Assembly (NCBI GenBank): GCA_964016885.1
Contig: OZ024746.1
Location: 806,001-870,000, forward strand
Length of the DNA: 64,000 nt
Direction: 5' to 3'
Source: Eledone cirrhosa
Taxonomy: Eukaryota
Shown: piece by piece, positions 26,510 through 45,674 of the stretch
How positions within the stretch are numbered: the first letter of the stretch is position 1
How the letters are laid out: the number at the start of each line of letters is the position of its first letter
The notes under the pieces: model-generated
The model's input: only the letters and a program-made list of their open reading frames with translations
What the model was told of the DNA's origin: nothing
The model's database searches: none
Position numbers and translations under genes: made by a program

Positions 26510-27636
26510 TTTCTTTATTAGCCACAGGGGCACAAAAGAAGGGGACAAATACAAAGGGGGAAGTTTACATACAATAAAAACGTGTAAAATGTTATCACAG
26601 ATGGAATTTAAAAGTTAGTCGATTTTCCCCAATAGAGGGAGACAGTTTATATGGGTAACACAGACCCCCGAAAAAAATGTGCAACCCTCATCTCCAGGAG
26701 TACGAAGAGCTTGTACTCCTTTCCTCTCCTCCTCCTTTTCCTCAACCTACAGGCTGATATAGAGAGAAGGCCCATTCACTCGGGCCATTCTCGCCACTTT
26801 CACCCACCTTTCATAAAACTTGCTGGGGTACAGCACCTCTCTCTCCATCCTGATTCTTCTTCCAAAGTGGTATTTGAAAAAAAGAATCAGTTGTTGGCCG
26901 GAGAGAAAGGTGTCTGACCTCAGCCCTTTCAACCTTGTCCACCATACAACCTCTTTCGCCATAGCTATCACACAAAGGAAAACCGCCTCTCCTTCGTTTT
27001 TGAAGGAGGGTGGCGGTTTGATCATGACAATGGACTCGGTGGTCAACTGGATTGGTCCCACCCGCGACAATAGTCGTTCTACATAGCCCCACAGGTCAGT
27101 GACGCCCGGGCAGTGTATGAATGCGTGCGCGACGGTTTCTTCGTCTCGCACGCACCTCGGACAGATCTTTTTTGCAGGGTCCCTGCCCGGGCGCCCATGT
27201 CTGTAGAGCTTGTCTCGAACTGGTAGAGCTCCTCGGTAGCACTGCCAGGCCAGGGACTTTTGGAAGTTGTCCATCGGTCCCGGGCGGAAGGTCCTACCGA
27301 ACAGACTGGCCAGTTCATCTTCCTCCACGCCTAGAGTTTCACCGAGCGCGTCGTCGCACTTGCTGCGGATCAACCCTCTATAGAATGACGAAGTGGAGTC
27401 TCCACTGATCGCCGGGTCCGCCTGCCAGAGGGCTGTGAGCGCCTGAGCACATTCGATGTGCCAGTCGCCCATTTTCCTCGGTCTCTGCTTGACCCAGGAC
27501 TGCAGCTCGGTCAGTGAGACGAGTCGTGGGAAGGCTCGCCTCACGAACTGGGCCCACACCGGTTGTCCGGTGAGGAATACGTAGAGATGCCGCAGCCTGA
27601 GCGCGTGTTTGCGCATCGTCAACCACGGCATCCCCA
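26510..27636 (-). mobile_element. 5'-truncated copy of a sister Tx1-like subfamily
   Basis: ORF 26747-27637 is homologous but diverged; 3' end tgtgcccctgtggctaataaagaaa into (TA)/(TATC). Confidence 0.9.
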
Positions 27637-28080
27637 ATAGATAGATATATATATAGATAGATAGATATAGATAGATAGATAGATATAGATATATATATAG
27701 ATATATATATATAGATATAGATATATATATAGATATAGATATATATATATAGAGATATAGATATAGATATATATATAGATATATAGATAGATATAGATAT
27801 ATATATAGATATATAGATATAGATATATAGATAGATATATATATATAGATATATAGATATATATATATATATAGATATATATAGATATATTATATAGATA
27901 GATATATATATATAGATAGATATATATATATATATAGATATATATAGATATATTATATAGATATATATATATAGATATATTATATATATATATTATATAG
28001 ATATAGATATATAGATATATATATATAGATATATATATATAGATATATATATATAGATATATATATAGATATATATATAG

Positions 28081-28111
<31 letters not shown>

Positions 28112-28122
28112 TATATATATAG

Positions 28123-28153
<31 letters not shown>

Positions 28154-28164
28154 TATATATATAG

Positions 28165-28195
<31 letters not shown>

Positions 28196-28509
28196 TATAG
28201 ATATATATATATATAGAGAGAGAGATATAGATATATATATAGATATATATATAGATATATATATAGATATATAGATATAGATATATATATATAGATATAT
28301 ATATATAGATATATATATATAGATATATATAGATATAGATATAGATATAGATATATATATAGATATATATATATAGATATATAGATATAGATATAGATAT
28401 ATATATATAGATATAGATATAGATATATATATAGATATATATATATAGATATATAGATATAGATATATATATATAGATATATAGATATATATATATATAT
28501 ATATATATA

Positions 28510-30290
28510 AAGTGTCTTCACATGTCCACTGAGGCACATGCAAATAACGAAGCCAGAGGAGTTCTTTGATGCCACAACACTACATCAAGAAATGGCAACC
28601 ATCAACCACATAGACATAACGGAGGAGGATGTGGTGTACGCCATTGATGAAATTAGAACAGACTCGGCTGCTGGACCTGATGGATTCCCAGCAGTTCTCC
28701 TAAAAATATGTAAGCGGGCCTTAGCAACTCCACTGAAGATGCTCTTCAGAAGCTCCTTGGCTAGCGGTGTACTACCCAGGGAGCGGAAAGAAGGCACAAT
28801 ATGCCCTATCCATAAAGGAGGTAGTAGAGCGGAGGCCAAGAACTATAGGCCAGTCTTCCTGACGTCGCATACCAGTAAGGTCATGGAGCGAGTCGTCAGA
28901 AAGAAACTAATCACTTTCCTCGAAGAAAATGACCGCCTGACTAGCACGCAACATGGCTTCCGCCCAGGAAGAAGCTGCCTTACACAGCTGCTACATCACT
29001 ACGACTGGGTACTGAGACAGCTACTAGACATCTCACATGTAGACGTGATATATCTTGACTTTGCGAAGGCCTTTGACAAGGTCGACCACGGAATGATATG
29101 TCACAAACTACACGGACTCGGCATAACTGGAAAAGTAGGTGAGTGGCTGCATGGCTTCCTAAGGGACAGAAGCCAGGCAGTCGCAGCAAATGGGGCCCTC
29201 TCGAGGGAAACACCGATAACAAGTGGGGTGCCCCAGGGGACAGTCCTGGGACCACTACTCTCGGACATGCCCTCTGTGGTGCATGCAACAACATCCCTCA
29301 CTAGCTATGCTGATGACACTAAGGTAGCACAGGCAATCAAAAACCCGGCTGACGCTGCCCTCTTACAGCAGGATCTGGATGCCATATACAGATGGGCGGA
29401 AGAAAACAACATGCAGTTTAATGCTGGCAAATTCCAAGCCCTACAATACAAACCTGCAAACACAAACACAAATATAGCGGAACACAGCTACACAGGACCA
29501 GGAGGGACCGATATCCCCGTGTCAAAATCGATACGAGACCTGGGCATAGACATGAGCGATGATGCATCTTTTTCTTCACACATCATGAAGGTGGCGACAA
29601 CATGTAGACGATTCGCTGGCTGGATCTTGAGGACTTTCCTTACAAGAGATTGAGACACCATGTTGACACTGTGGAGGACTTTTGTCCTAAGCCGCCTGGA
29701 CTACTGCTCCCAGCTGTGGTCACCCCATAGTGTCAAACTAACCACGGAGCTTGAGGCAATCCAGCGAAGCTACACCAAGAGGATTGCCAAGATGAGGGAG
29801 ACAAGCTACTGGAAGAGGCTAAAGGAACTGAACCTCTACTCCTTGGAGCGAAGACGGGAGAGATACGCAGTGATCTACATGTGGAAAATCCTGGAGGGAC
29901 TAGCACCAAACTTTGGCATTGGGAGCTGGACCAACCGTCGAACAGGACGTCACTGTGTGGTGCCAAAGGTCCCGTCTTCCACATCTAGAATAAGGAGCAG
30001 GTATTGCAATGGCCTGGGATTCAAGGGCCCTCAACTCTTCAACAGGCTGCCGAGGCATCTGCGAGACTTGCATGACGTGGAGGTGGATGTCTTTAAGAAA
30101 CATCTCGACACCTTGTTATCCAGGATCCCGGATGAGCCCACAGCAAGACACGAGGGAAACCTAAGGGCAGCAGCAACAAACTCCCTCCTACACCAGTGGC
30201 CAACCTATACAGGCTGGAGATAAAATGTGTAGCAACAAGGGCGGTGCCCCAGCATGGCCTCAGCCGGATGGCTGAAACAGGTAAAAGAGT
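28510..30290 (+). mobile_element. 5'-truncated CR1/L2-group LINE (RT), defective
   Basis: AGPDG, KNYRPV, QHGFRPGRSC, LDFAKAFDKVDH, GVPQGTVLGPLL, YADD; in-frame TGA at 29651 and an apparent short deletion after GPLL; 3' stem-loop gcggtgccccagcatggcc...gaaac plus aagagt tail. Confidence 0.88.
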
Positions 30291-30544
30291 ATATAGATAT
30301 ATAGATATATATAGATATATATATAGATATATATATATATATATATATAGATATATATATATATATATATAGATATAGATATATATATATATATATATAG
30401 ATATAGATATATAGAGATATATATATATAGATATAGATATATAGATATATATAGATATATATATATATAGATATATAGATATAGATATATAGATATACAT
30501 ATATAGATATATATATATAGATATATATATATAGATATATATAT

Positions 30545-31092
30545 ATTTTGAGTTTATGTTGGTTGTATACCAACACCTCAGTATGCAGGCTGGAGCACTC
30601 GACGAAGTGCGCAGGTTGGTTTGGTTACTCCGGAGTAGTGTAAAATAAAGTTAAATAAAAGTCAAATGATTAAAATTTAGCTTTGTTTATTACTGCTATA
30701 TATATTTCAGTGACAGCCATCTTTGGCTGTGACCTCTTCAGGCAGTTTGAATTAGTATGGTATAGACAAGTACATATGTTGTTTAGGTGTATGATATTGT
30801 CAATACTCTGATATGCCCAGTTCCTTGTTGGGTTGTTAATTCACTGGGGAACTGGAGTCATATCCAGAGATATGACTCCAGTTCCCCAGTGAATTAACAA
30901 CCCAACAAGGAACTGGGCATATCAGAGTATTGACAATATCATACACCTAAACAACATATGTACTTGTCTATACCATACTAATTCAAACTGCCTGAAGAGG
31001 TCACAGCCAAAGATGGCTGTCACTGAAATATATATAGCAGTAATAAACGAAGCTAAATTTTAATCATTTCACTTTTATTTAACTTTATTTTA
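30545..31092 (-). mobile_element. PLE-like terminal fragment forming a 452-bp hairpin
   Basis: 224-bp arms 30641-30864 / 30869-31092 (2 mismatches seen), 4-nt loop, unique tail 30545-30640, (TA)n flanks. Confidence 0.8.
30987..31041 (+). ncRNA. Minimal type-I hammerhead ribozyme (mirror copy 30692-30746 on -)
   Basis: actgc CTGAAGA ggt.acagcca aaga tggctgt.act GAAA tatata T A gcagt; palindromic stem III ATATATAT. Confidence 0.85.
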
Positions 31093-31169
31093 TATATATA
31101 TATATATATAGATATATATAGATATATATATAATATAAGATCAAAAGATGGTTAAAGGAGTTCCATATA

Positions 31170-31236
31170 TTTTATTATGCGCATTTCAAAAACAAACATC
31201 ATCATGCAATAATATTTGTGTTTTCATCAGATAAAA
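31170..31236 (-). ncRNA. Minimal type-I hammerhead within a minus-strand PLE-like fragment (about 31130-31743)
   Basis: Minus strand reads ttttat CTGATGA aaac acaaatattat...atgatgtttgt tttt GAAA tgcgca T A ataaaa; palindromic stem III ATGCGCAT. Confidence 0.82.
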
Positions 31237-31743
31237 CAGAACATGATATGAAGGCTAAAAAACACTTGTGGATAGTGCAGTTTTAAATCAACATATGAAA
31301 AGTGGTTTTAGATTGATGTGTGATATTGGGAAAAATATTTTATTTAGAGAGGGGGGGGGAGGGATGAAAAGGGAAGGAGATGAGAGGGAGAGATGGGTGA
31401 TAGAGAGAAAGAGATAGTTTTTATAACTGAGAGGAGATATATTTTTTACATAGAGAGGTTGGGAACCGTTGGAAGATAATGTATAAATTAAAGGAATTTG
31501 AAAATTAACGAAGGGAAATTATGTATGAAGATAGAGAGAAAAAAATAATAATTGTGGGTGAATATTCTAACGTCAAAAAAAGAAATGTATGTATTGTGGC
31601 AATTTCAAAATTAACGAAGAGAAAAATTATTAAGGTTTGTGTGTAGAAGGATTTGAGAAAAATAATGTGAAGTTAAAGTTTGTATATTGATTGAATTGAT
31701 AATATATGCGAATAAAGAGTTAATATGTATTAATAATGAGTTA

Positions 31744-34362
<2,619 letters not shown>

Positions 34363-34365
<3 letters not shown>

Positions 34366-34949
34366 CTGAGCATAAGAGGAATCAAATGCTGCGTGCAGGA
34401 GAGGCGGTTACGCTGGTATGGACATGTGATGCGTATGAAGGATGACAGCTGCATAAAAAGGTGCAGAGCACTAGAAGTTGATGGAAACCGCGGAGTGGGG
34501 AGACCCAAGATGACTTGGGATGAGGTGATAAAAGCCGACCTTACCCAACTACACCTCTCAAAGTCAATGACACACGACCGTGACTTCTGGCGTCACGCAG
34601 TAATACAGGGTACCCGACCTCCCATGGGTACATGCTGAAGCATATAAACAACATGCCCCCCCCCCCCCCCACCGCAAGGTGGTCGTGGAGGTGCCACGGC
34701 AAAAAAGCACCCAGCCCACACTGTAAAGTGGACGTGTAGGCGCCACGAAAAAGCACCCAGCACTCACTGTAAATGAGGTTGGTGTTAGGAAGGGCATCCA
34801 GCTGTAGAAATCAAGCCAGATCAGTTCCTGTATGAGCAAGGCATGGTCAGCCGACCAGACACTGCCCACAACAGGACAACCCGTCTAACCCATGCTAGCG
34901 TGGAAGAACGGACGTAAAACGGTGATGATGATGATGATGATGATGATGA
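34363..34949 (+). mobile_element. RTE-clade LINE 3' fragment with SINE-like segment and (GAT)n tail
   Basis: [14 protein letters not shown]...RGVGRPKMTW; ends cccatgctagcgtggaa...(gat)n. Related pieces at 43980-44300 (-), 45786-46070 (-), 54590-55500 (+), 59645-59820 (+). Confidence 0.85.
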
Positions 34950-34964
34950 GAGATATATATAGAG

Positions 34965-34995
<31 letters not shown>

Positions 34996-35029
34996 TATAT
35001 ATATAGAGATATATAGATATATATATATA

Positions 35030-36951
35030 GCCCCGATTCCAATCCTTGCTTCACTACTCGCTATTCTATCCTATTTCCAAAACAAATCTTGTATTTTGGT
35101 TATTGGTTGTTAAATACAAGGTTTTTGTCGTATTTTACAAAACAAATCTTGTATTTTTGTTATCGCTTGTTAAATACGAGGATCTTACTTAAACCTAACC
35201 TTCTCGCTAACAACTCAACACCCCTCCCGCCCGCCCCCATGCACCACCATTATTATTACGTGGACCAATCATAAGCCAGAGGCCTATACTATCGTTTACC
35301 TGGTTGCCTTTCGATATGACGGATGGATGGACTACGGAATTCTGGAGAGTTGAAGAGAGAAAAATCTGGACGCTCAGCGACAATGCCAAAGATAAAGACA
35401 AATTCACCTCGTGGACGAGAATGCGAGCATTCCTCTTTGTTTCGGCCGCGGATGGCTAACATAACCCCATCTCGCCCCGCCCCCCGCCACTCCCACCCTC
35501 CAAACGCAATCCAAAACTTCAAAGTTGGTACCATGAATGTAGGCACCTTAAAGGGTCGCTCTAACGAGGTTGTAGAAATGCCTGAACATAAGGAGGTCGA
35601 TGTTTGTTGTATTCAAGAGACCAGGTGGAGGGGAGGGTCGGCTAGATTCATTGTGGGTAAAAAACGATGTTATAAGCTTTTCTGGGTGGGAAATGACAAT
35701 GGGCTGGGTGGAGTAGGAATCATGGTAGCAGAAAAGTGGGCAGATAAGATAATAGACGTAAATAGAGTGAACGACAGAATAATTAAAATAAGACTTGTCC
35801 TCAATAGAACTACGGTGACAGTAATATCTGCGTACGCACCCCAATTCGGACTGCCCGGCACTATAAAAGACAGATTCTATGAGACACTGATGCTCACTAC
35901 CTCCCAAATAACCGACAGTGACTATATAATTATTGCAGGCGACCTAAATGGTCACGTTGGACAACATTGTGACGGCTACGACGAAATCCATGGAGGCTAT
36001 GGGTTTGGTACTAGAAATGAGGAAGGCTCCAGAATCCTGGAATTCTGTGACGCAAAAACCTAACTATCTGTAACACTAACTTCAAAAAACGTGACAATCA
36101 CCTGATCACCTATAGATCGGGGGAACACACAAGCCAGGTAGATTATATCCTTACCAGAAGACGTGACAGAGTGTCTGTTGTAAACACTAAATCCCTCCCC
36201 CATGAAGAATGCACCTCCCAACATAGACTGATAATTAGTGACCTAATAGTCAGGACAAGACGTACTAGACAACAGAAGAGGACTATCCTCAGGAGAAAAA
36301 TATGGAAGCTAAAGGACCCCACAGCCAGAAATAAATTCAAAAGTATACTACTTGATGCTTTCGACAGTAAGGAAGAGCAATTACAGTCGTACAATATAGA
36401 GGAGCAGTGGGAATTCCTGAAAGCAAACCTGCTGATGGCGGCAGACGAAGTCTGTGGCTGGAGCAGGCCTGTAGGCAGGAGGAGAGTAACATGGTGGTGG
36501 AACAGTAAGGTGGAGGGGTCAATTAAGGCCAAAAAGCAGGCTTGGAAAGTATGGCGGGATGGGGGAAGTAGAGAAGACTATCAAGTGGCCAGGAGGGAAG
36601 CTAGGAGACAAGTGTACTTCGCAAGAAGAGAAGCAGAGGAAAGAAAGTTCAAGCATGTTCTACAACGCGAGGACCAAAAACGTGAGGTGTTCAGGATTGC
36701 TAGGCAATGTGTCAAGGAAAACCGTGATATTGTCGGGGAGAAGTGTGTACTTAATGATGACGGCGTACTTGCCATCACTGACGCTGATAAGAAGGTAGCT
36801 TGGAAGTGTCACTATGAGAGGCTACTAAATGAGAATAAATGGGAGAAAGACAGTCTCCCCCACATCAACCCAATAGAGGGACCAGCAGTGTTAGTCGAGG
36901 GTAGTATAATAAGTAAGGCAATCAAAGATATGAAGACGGGTAAGGCGGCTG
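35030..36951 (+). mobile_element. RTE-clade LINE 5' half (5' UTR, AP endonuclease, linker), frameshifted, ends at the start of RT
   Basis: VGTMNVGTL, CIQETRW, SAYAPQ, GDLNGHVG, GFGTRNEEG..ILEFC; frameshift at about 36055; second frame has QVDYIL, QHRL, WWWN and ends at GKAAG. Confidence 0.88.
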
Positions 36952-37492
36952 GGCAATCCAGCGAAGCTACACCAAGAGGATTGCCAAGATGAGGGAGACA
37001 AGCTACTGGGAGAGGCTAAAGGAACTGAACCTCTACTCCTTGGAACGAAGACGGGAGAGATACGCAGTGATCTACATGTGGAAAATCCTGGAGGAACTAG
37101 CACCTAACTTTGGCTTGGGAGCTGGACCAACCGTCGAACAGGACGTCACTGTGTGGTGCCAAAGGTCCCGTCTTCCACATCTAGAATAAGGAGCAGGTAT
37201 TGCAATAGCCTGGGATTCAAGGGCCCTCAACTCTTCAACAGGCTTCCGAGGGATCTGAGAGATTTGCATGACGTGGAGGTGGATGTCTTCAAGAAACATC
37301 TCGACGCCTTGTTGTCCAGGATCCCGGATGAGCCCACAGCAAGACACGAGGGAAACCTAAGGGCAGCAGCAACAAACTCCCTCTTACACCAGTGGCCAAC
37401 CTATACAGGCTGGAGATAAAATGTGTAGCAACAAGGGCGGTGCCCCAGCATGGCCTCAGCTGGATGGCTGAAACAGGTAAAATAGTAAAAGA
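36952..37492 (+). mobile_element. 3' fragment of the CR1/L2-group LINE
   Basis: Closely similar to 29755-30290 including the 3' tail; one frameshift. Confidence 0.9.
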
Positions 37493-37494
<2 letters not shown>

Positions 37495-37537
<43 letters not shown>

Positions 37538-38372
37538 TATATCTATATATATACACACACACACACACATATATAAACATATATATATATATACACACAC
37601 ACATATATATACATATATATATACATATATGTATATATACACACACACATATATACATGCATACACACATATATATATACATGCACAAACATATATATAT
37701 ATATACACACATACACATATATACATACATACACATATATATATACACACACATACACATATATATACATACATACACATATATATATATACACACATAC
37801 ACATATATATACATACATACACATATATATATATATACATACATACACATATATATACAACCACACACATATATATATACATACATACACATATATATAC
37901 ACACACACACATATATATATATATATACATACACATACATATACATGCACACACACATATATATATATACATACACACACATATACATGCACACACGCAT
38001 ATATATACATGCACACACGCATATATATACATGCACACACGCATATATATACATGCACACGCGCATATATATACATACATACACACATATATATATACAT
38101 GCACAAACATATATATATATATATACATGCACAAACATATATATATATATACATACATACACACATATATATACATGCACAAACATATATATATACATAC
38201 ACACATATATATACATGCACAAACATATATATATATACATACATACACACATATATATACATGCATAAACATATATATATATATACATACATACACACAT
38301 ATATATACATGCACAAACTTATATATATACATACACACATATATATACATGCACAAACTTATATATATATAT
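37495..38372. repeat. (TA)/(CA) compound microsatellite
   Basis: Direct inspection. Confidence 0.95.
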
Positions 38373-38627
38373 ACAAATAAATTATCGAGAATCGGAACTT
38401 CGGCCCACGAAATAACGAAACACAATCTTCGAAATGTGCAGCAAAGTGCTCAATAGTTTGGATAAACCAGAGCTATAACTAACGTTTAATACCAACACAC
38501 TGAGACGATGCTTAAACAATCATTCGCACAGCCAAAAATACGACCAAGAAAATTCGGGTCAGACAAATAAAAATATATATGAATGAAAAATGAAAAATAA
38601 AAAAATACACAAACATGTATATATATA

Positions 38628-38819
38628 TGGTGGCTGCCAACTCGTTTTCGAGTACGGCCACTACTTTATATCCATGTAGGAGAACCCCTACCGATGCGCT
38701 GAACGAGTGTGACTTTTTAGTCCAGTCAGCGACTTGAAAACTCTGGTACAAACACTACACTTGTGACAATTATTGACACATAGTGCTGGGCCCATGGTAC
38801 CATGTGACGGCAAGTGCAG
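38628..38819 (-). mobile_element. 3' end of an RTE-like element with C-terminal C2H2 finger, cut by the gap
   Basis: CSVCTRVFKSLTGLKSHTRSAH-stop, then short UTR with stem-loop ctcgaaaacgag and (TA)n. Confidence 0.6.
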
Positions 38820-39019
38820 NNNNNNNNNNNNNNNNNNNNNNNNNNNNNNNNNNNNNNNNNNNNNNNNNNNNNNNNNNNNNNNNNNNNNNNNNNNNNNNNN
38901 NNNNNNNNNNNNNNNNNNNNNNNNNNNNNNNNNNNNNNNNNNNNNNNNNNNNNNNNNNNNNNNNNNNNNNNNNNNNNNNNNNNNNNNNNNNNNNNNNNNN
39001 NNNNNNNNNNNNNNNNNNN
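38820..39019. other. Assembly gap (200 N)
   Basis: Run of N; adjacency across it is unverified. Confidence 1.
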
Positions 39020-42222
<3,203 letters not shown>

Positions 42223-44762
42223 TGACTGGTACTTTATTTTATCGACCCCATAAGGATGAAAGGCAAAGTTAACCTTGGTGGGTTAAGATATGATAATGAA
42301 AGGTAATTCATTTCAATACATGTAGATATTGCGATAATTATCTCTGAACAGGACGCTGTGAATTTTACATAAAAAATATAAATACTGTTGGGGACGCCAT
42401 AGTTAGCGACTCTTTTGCTCCTTCACACATCCAGGATGCTGCAGTAAAGATGAGGGTCACTGCATCCGTTGTCGAACAGCATAACATTTTAAAGTACCAG
42501 GTATCAATCGACAAACTATTTTTTCGAGGCGTTTGGAGTAGCTGGGCTGCTGACAACGAAATTCTTGTCATCGTTGACAGCTTGCCTTGTCGAGATATCA
42601 GATGGTACTCGTAAAGGTGCTTGGCTATTCCAGTACCTTAGTCACCCTCTCAAGTGGGGAAGAAGAATGTATATTTCTTTATGAATTCGTGTGATATTTT
42701 ATATTGCTTTCAGAAGGTAACAGCTTGGATGTTTATGTAGTCAAATTAACAATTATAGTCTTGGCTTAAATTAGGTTGTGTAGTCAAATTAACAACTATA
42801 TCTCTGGATTAAATCATGCATTGAAAAATGTTATTGATTTTCAAATCAATAAAACTAATAGAAACTGTTGTGTATAATCTTTTCAAAGGCATTTGTTGTT
42901 GTTAATACTTTTATGATTATATTTTAAACGACTTACAAGTTACGCTGTTCCCCCCCCCCCCCCCTTCTCCTTGTCCACTATTCCTTTGAAGGTTGTTGTT
43001 GTGCGTCATAGTCCTCAAACCTTCCAACCAGTTGGTCCTGTCAATTGGTTTTTAAAATAAATTAGGAATTTGAAAAACGAGGAAAAAGATGAAATTTCCA
43101 GCACAGCGACACCCATGAGATTTTGCTGACATGCTGTGACTAGCCAGGTCACCCTGTAAGGGTGGACTGGGCACTTTTTATTGTGGCACTATCATGACCA
43201 CTGACCACCTTACGAGGTAGATTGAGTACTTTTGTTGTAGGACCAGATCTATTTGTATCAGAGGTGTAGGTTGATTTGAAAAGTGTTATGGTGAACTCTG
43301 GTTGTAGATTTTCAAATCAATAAAACTGATGTAAACTGTATTCAGCTCCCTATACCCTACAATATCTACCATCTTTTTCTCAATTATGTGCCTCGTATGG
43401 CTAACAAACCTTGTTTCTGACACTTCTTGTTCTGACCATTCAAAGAAAATGATTAAGCCTGCATTTTCTACTATACAGTCCACACTCACCCATGTCAAAT
43501 CATGTTACTTTGTAACATCATATGACCCTCTCCATTGCTTTTCTACAATGCTGCTATGCAATAAAGATGTATTCTTTGTTTGCAGGGAATTATTATATAT
43601 ATATATATATATATATATAAGTTCAATATTGGTCATGTGTGCCTTAGGTGACTGCCTAGTTGCTCTAATAGTAGCACTCGCCCTCATTGTCAATTTTTCA
43701 AATCATTTTCCTCCATTAATCCATTAGCACTTACACCAGCTGTATTCGGCCAGAATTTTCTTGCTTCTTTCTGTTTAAACCGGCCATAACTGGCCACTCA
43801 TAGTTATGTTAGTGTATTGTTCTCAAAATAAATAATATCAAAATCTCATAGATTCAATATTATGTGAGATATTTATGCGTGGTAATGTGTTTACCATGAA
43901 AATACAGCAGTATATATAGAGAAATGTAAATGGTAAAGGGTTGAGCTTAGACATTTTAAAGTTTTTTAATAAACTTCTATATCATCATCACTGTTTACGT
44001 CATTTGTTCACGCTAGCATGGATCAGATGAGTTGTCCTGTTATGAGGTAAGTCAGATTAGGTGACCATGTCTTGTTCATACAGAACTGTTTCTGGCTTAG
44101 TTTCTACGGCTGGATACCCTGCCTAACATCAATCATATTTACAGTGTGGACTGGGTGCTTTTTGTTGTGTTACCAACACAACCACTTTACAGTGTGGGCT
44201 GGGGTACTTCTGTCATGACACCTACATGACCACTTTACAGTGTGGACTGGGTGCTTTTTGTCATGACACCTACATGACCACTTTACAGTGGACTGGGTGC
44301 TCTCTCTGTATGCCAAAATCACTAAAATGAAATTCATTATATTAATAGGACATAGCTTATGATTGCAGTTATAATTATATGGTAATTAAACAAAAAAAAT
44401 TAATACCAAAATGGAATTCATTAATCATATTATTAAAATATGTATTGACTTCCAACTATTTAGGCCATGAATAACTATTATATAAATCTATGAAGTATAC
44501 TGCATGCAGTAAATGTTTTATACATATATAGGCTTTTGTTTTAAATGAAACGATGATGATGATACATTCTTTCATAGATTGTATTGTTTAATAATCACTT
44601 CTCTTGTGAAGTATTTAAATATGTAAAGTGTCATGTGATTTTCTCATAACAGCTCAACTTTTCACCTTTTCAACTTGGTTCTGTAAATATTTTGACAAAT
44701 ATTTCTTGTTCACCTTAGAGTAAACAGAAGTCTGTGTTTAGAGAGTTGCTGTCAGTGGTGAG

Positions 44763-45674
44763 TTAACCTTTTTGATACCATACTATCGCATTCCAACACT
44801 GCATCTGGTTCTATGAAACAAAACCACCCATTCTAAAGGGATCCTATTGGGCACCTTTAAATTTCCAATGCATTGTATGGTTTTTTAAATTATTTAAATT
44901 TATATTTCCTATTCAACAATACTTCAAGCAAACTACAACACTCTGATATATATATATATATATATATATGGACCCATAACTCCTGGTGGAATCATAGGGG
45001 CACCATTGTGACATGTGAATCTTGAGCATTTATAAACTTGAGGCCTATCTCCTCTCTGGGATGGAGACCATCTTTACAATGAAATCTTAACTATAATAAA
45101 GTAAGGAGTGTGGGACTGCATCTAGAATATATTTTGTTACCCCGTTTGTAAAATAAGTTGGATTACTTTGAATAAATAATGAATGAATATTACATAATTT
45201 ATCTACTAAATTTCGTGGCTGTTGATTAAATATATTTTATAGCTTATTTAAAGATCTTTAAAATTCACTTCTTTAAAATTTTCAAATCTCAACACTTCCG
45301 GTTAGCGGCCGTTAGATTATAACACTTATAAAAATATTGCATATATTTCCGTCGCTAATTTTCTCCTAATGCAGTATATATCGTCTTTTTTAATGTATCA
45401 TGGATTACGTTACTGATTACATAAGACAGTGTAACGCAGTCTTCGTTCAATTTCTGTGTATATTGTCAATTACGATTTTATTTGATGTATCATATCTACA
45501 TGTATATATACTTGTGTATAATATCAATATACACACTACACATGCTAGCAGAAAACCACCCGAAGGGTGGTTTTTCTGCTAGTAATTAATAATTTTAGTT
45601 CATCCTTCCAAACTCTTCATTAATTAATTCAAATACATTGTATATCGTTAGAAATATGACCATGTAAAGGTTAA
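44763..45674. mobile_element. TTAA-flanked (piggyBac-like) MITE containing a Helitron-like 3' end
   Basis: ttaaccttt ... aaaggttaa termini; internal hairpin ctagcagaaaaccaccc gaa gggtggtttttctgctag ending at 45582. Confidence 0.55.

Noticed and set aside
38688-38790. Host C2H2 zinc-finger gene
   Set aside because: A single finger at an ORF end followed by a short UTR and (TA)n fits a retroelement 3' end better; truncated by the gap.
42300-42720. First exon or promoter (CpG-richer, ends aag|gtaac)
   Set aside because: Plausible but unsupported beyond composition and one donor-like site.
45545-45582. Rho-independent terminator-like hairpin
   Set aside because: Eukaryotic DNA; the hairpin ends in CTAG and recurs at 47119-47155, fitting a Helitron 3' end.
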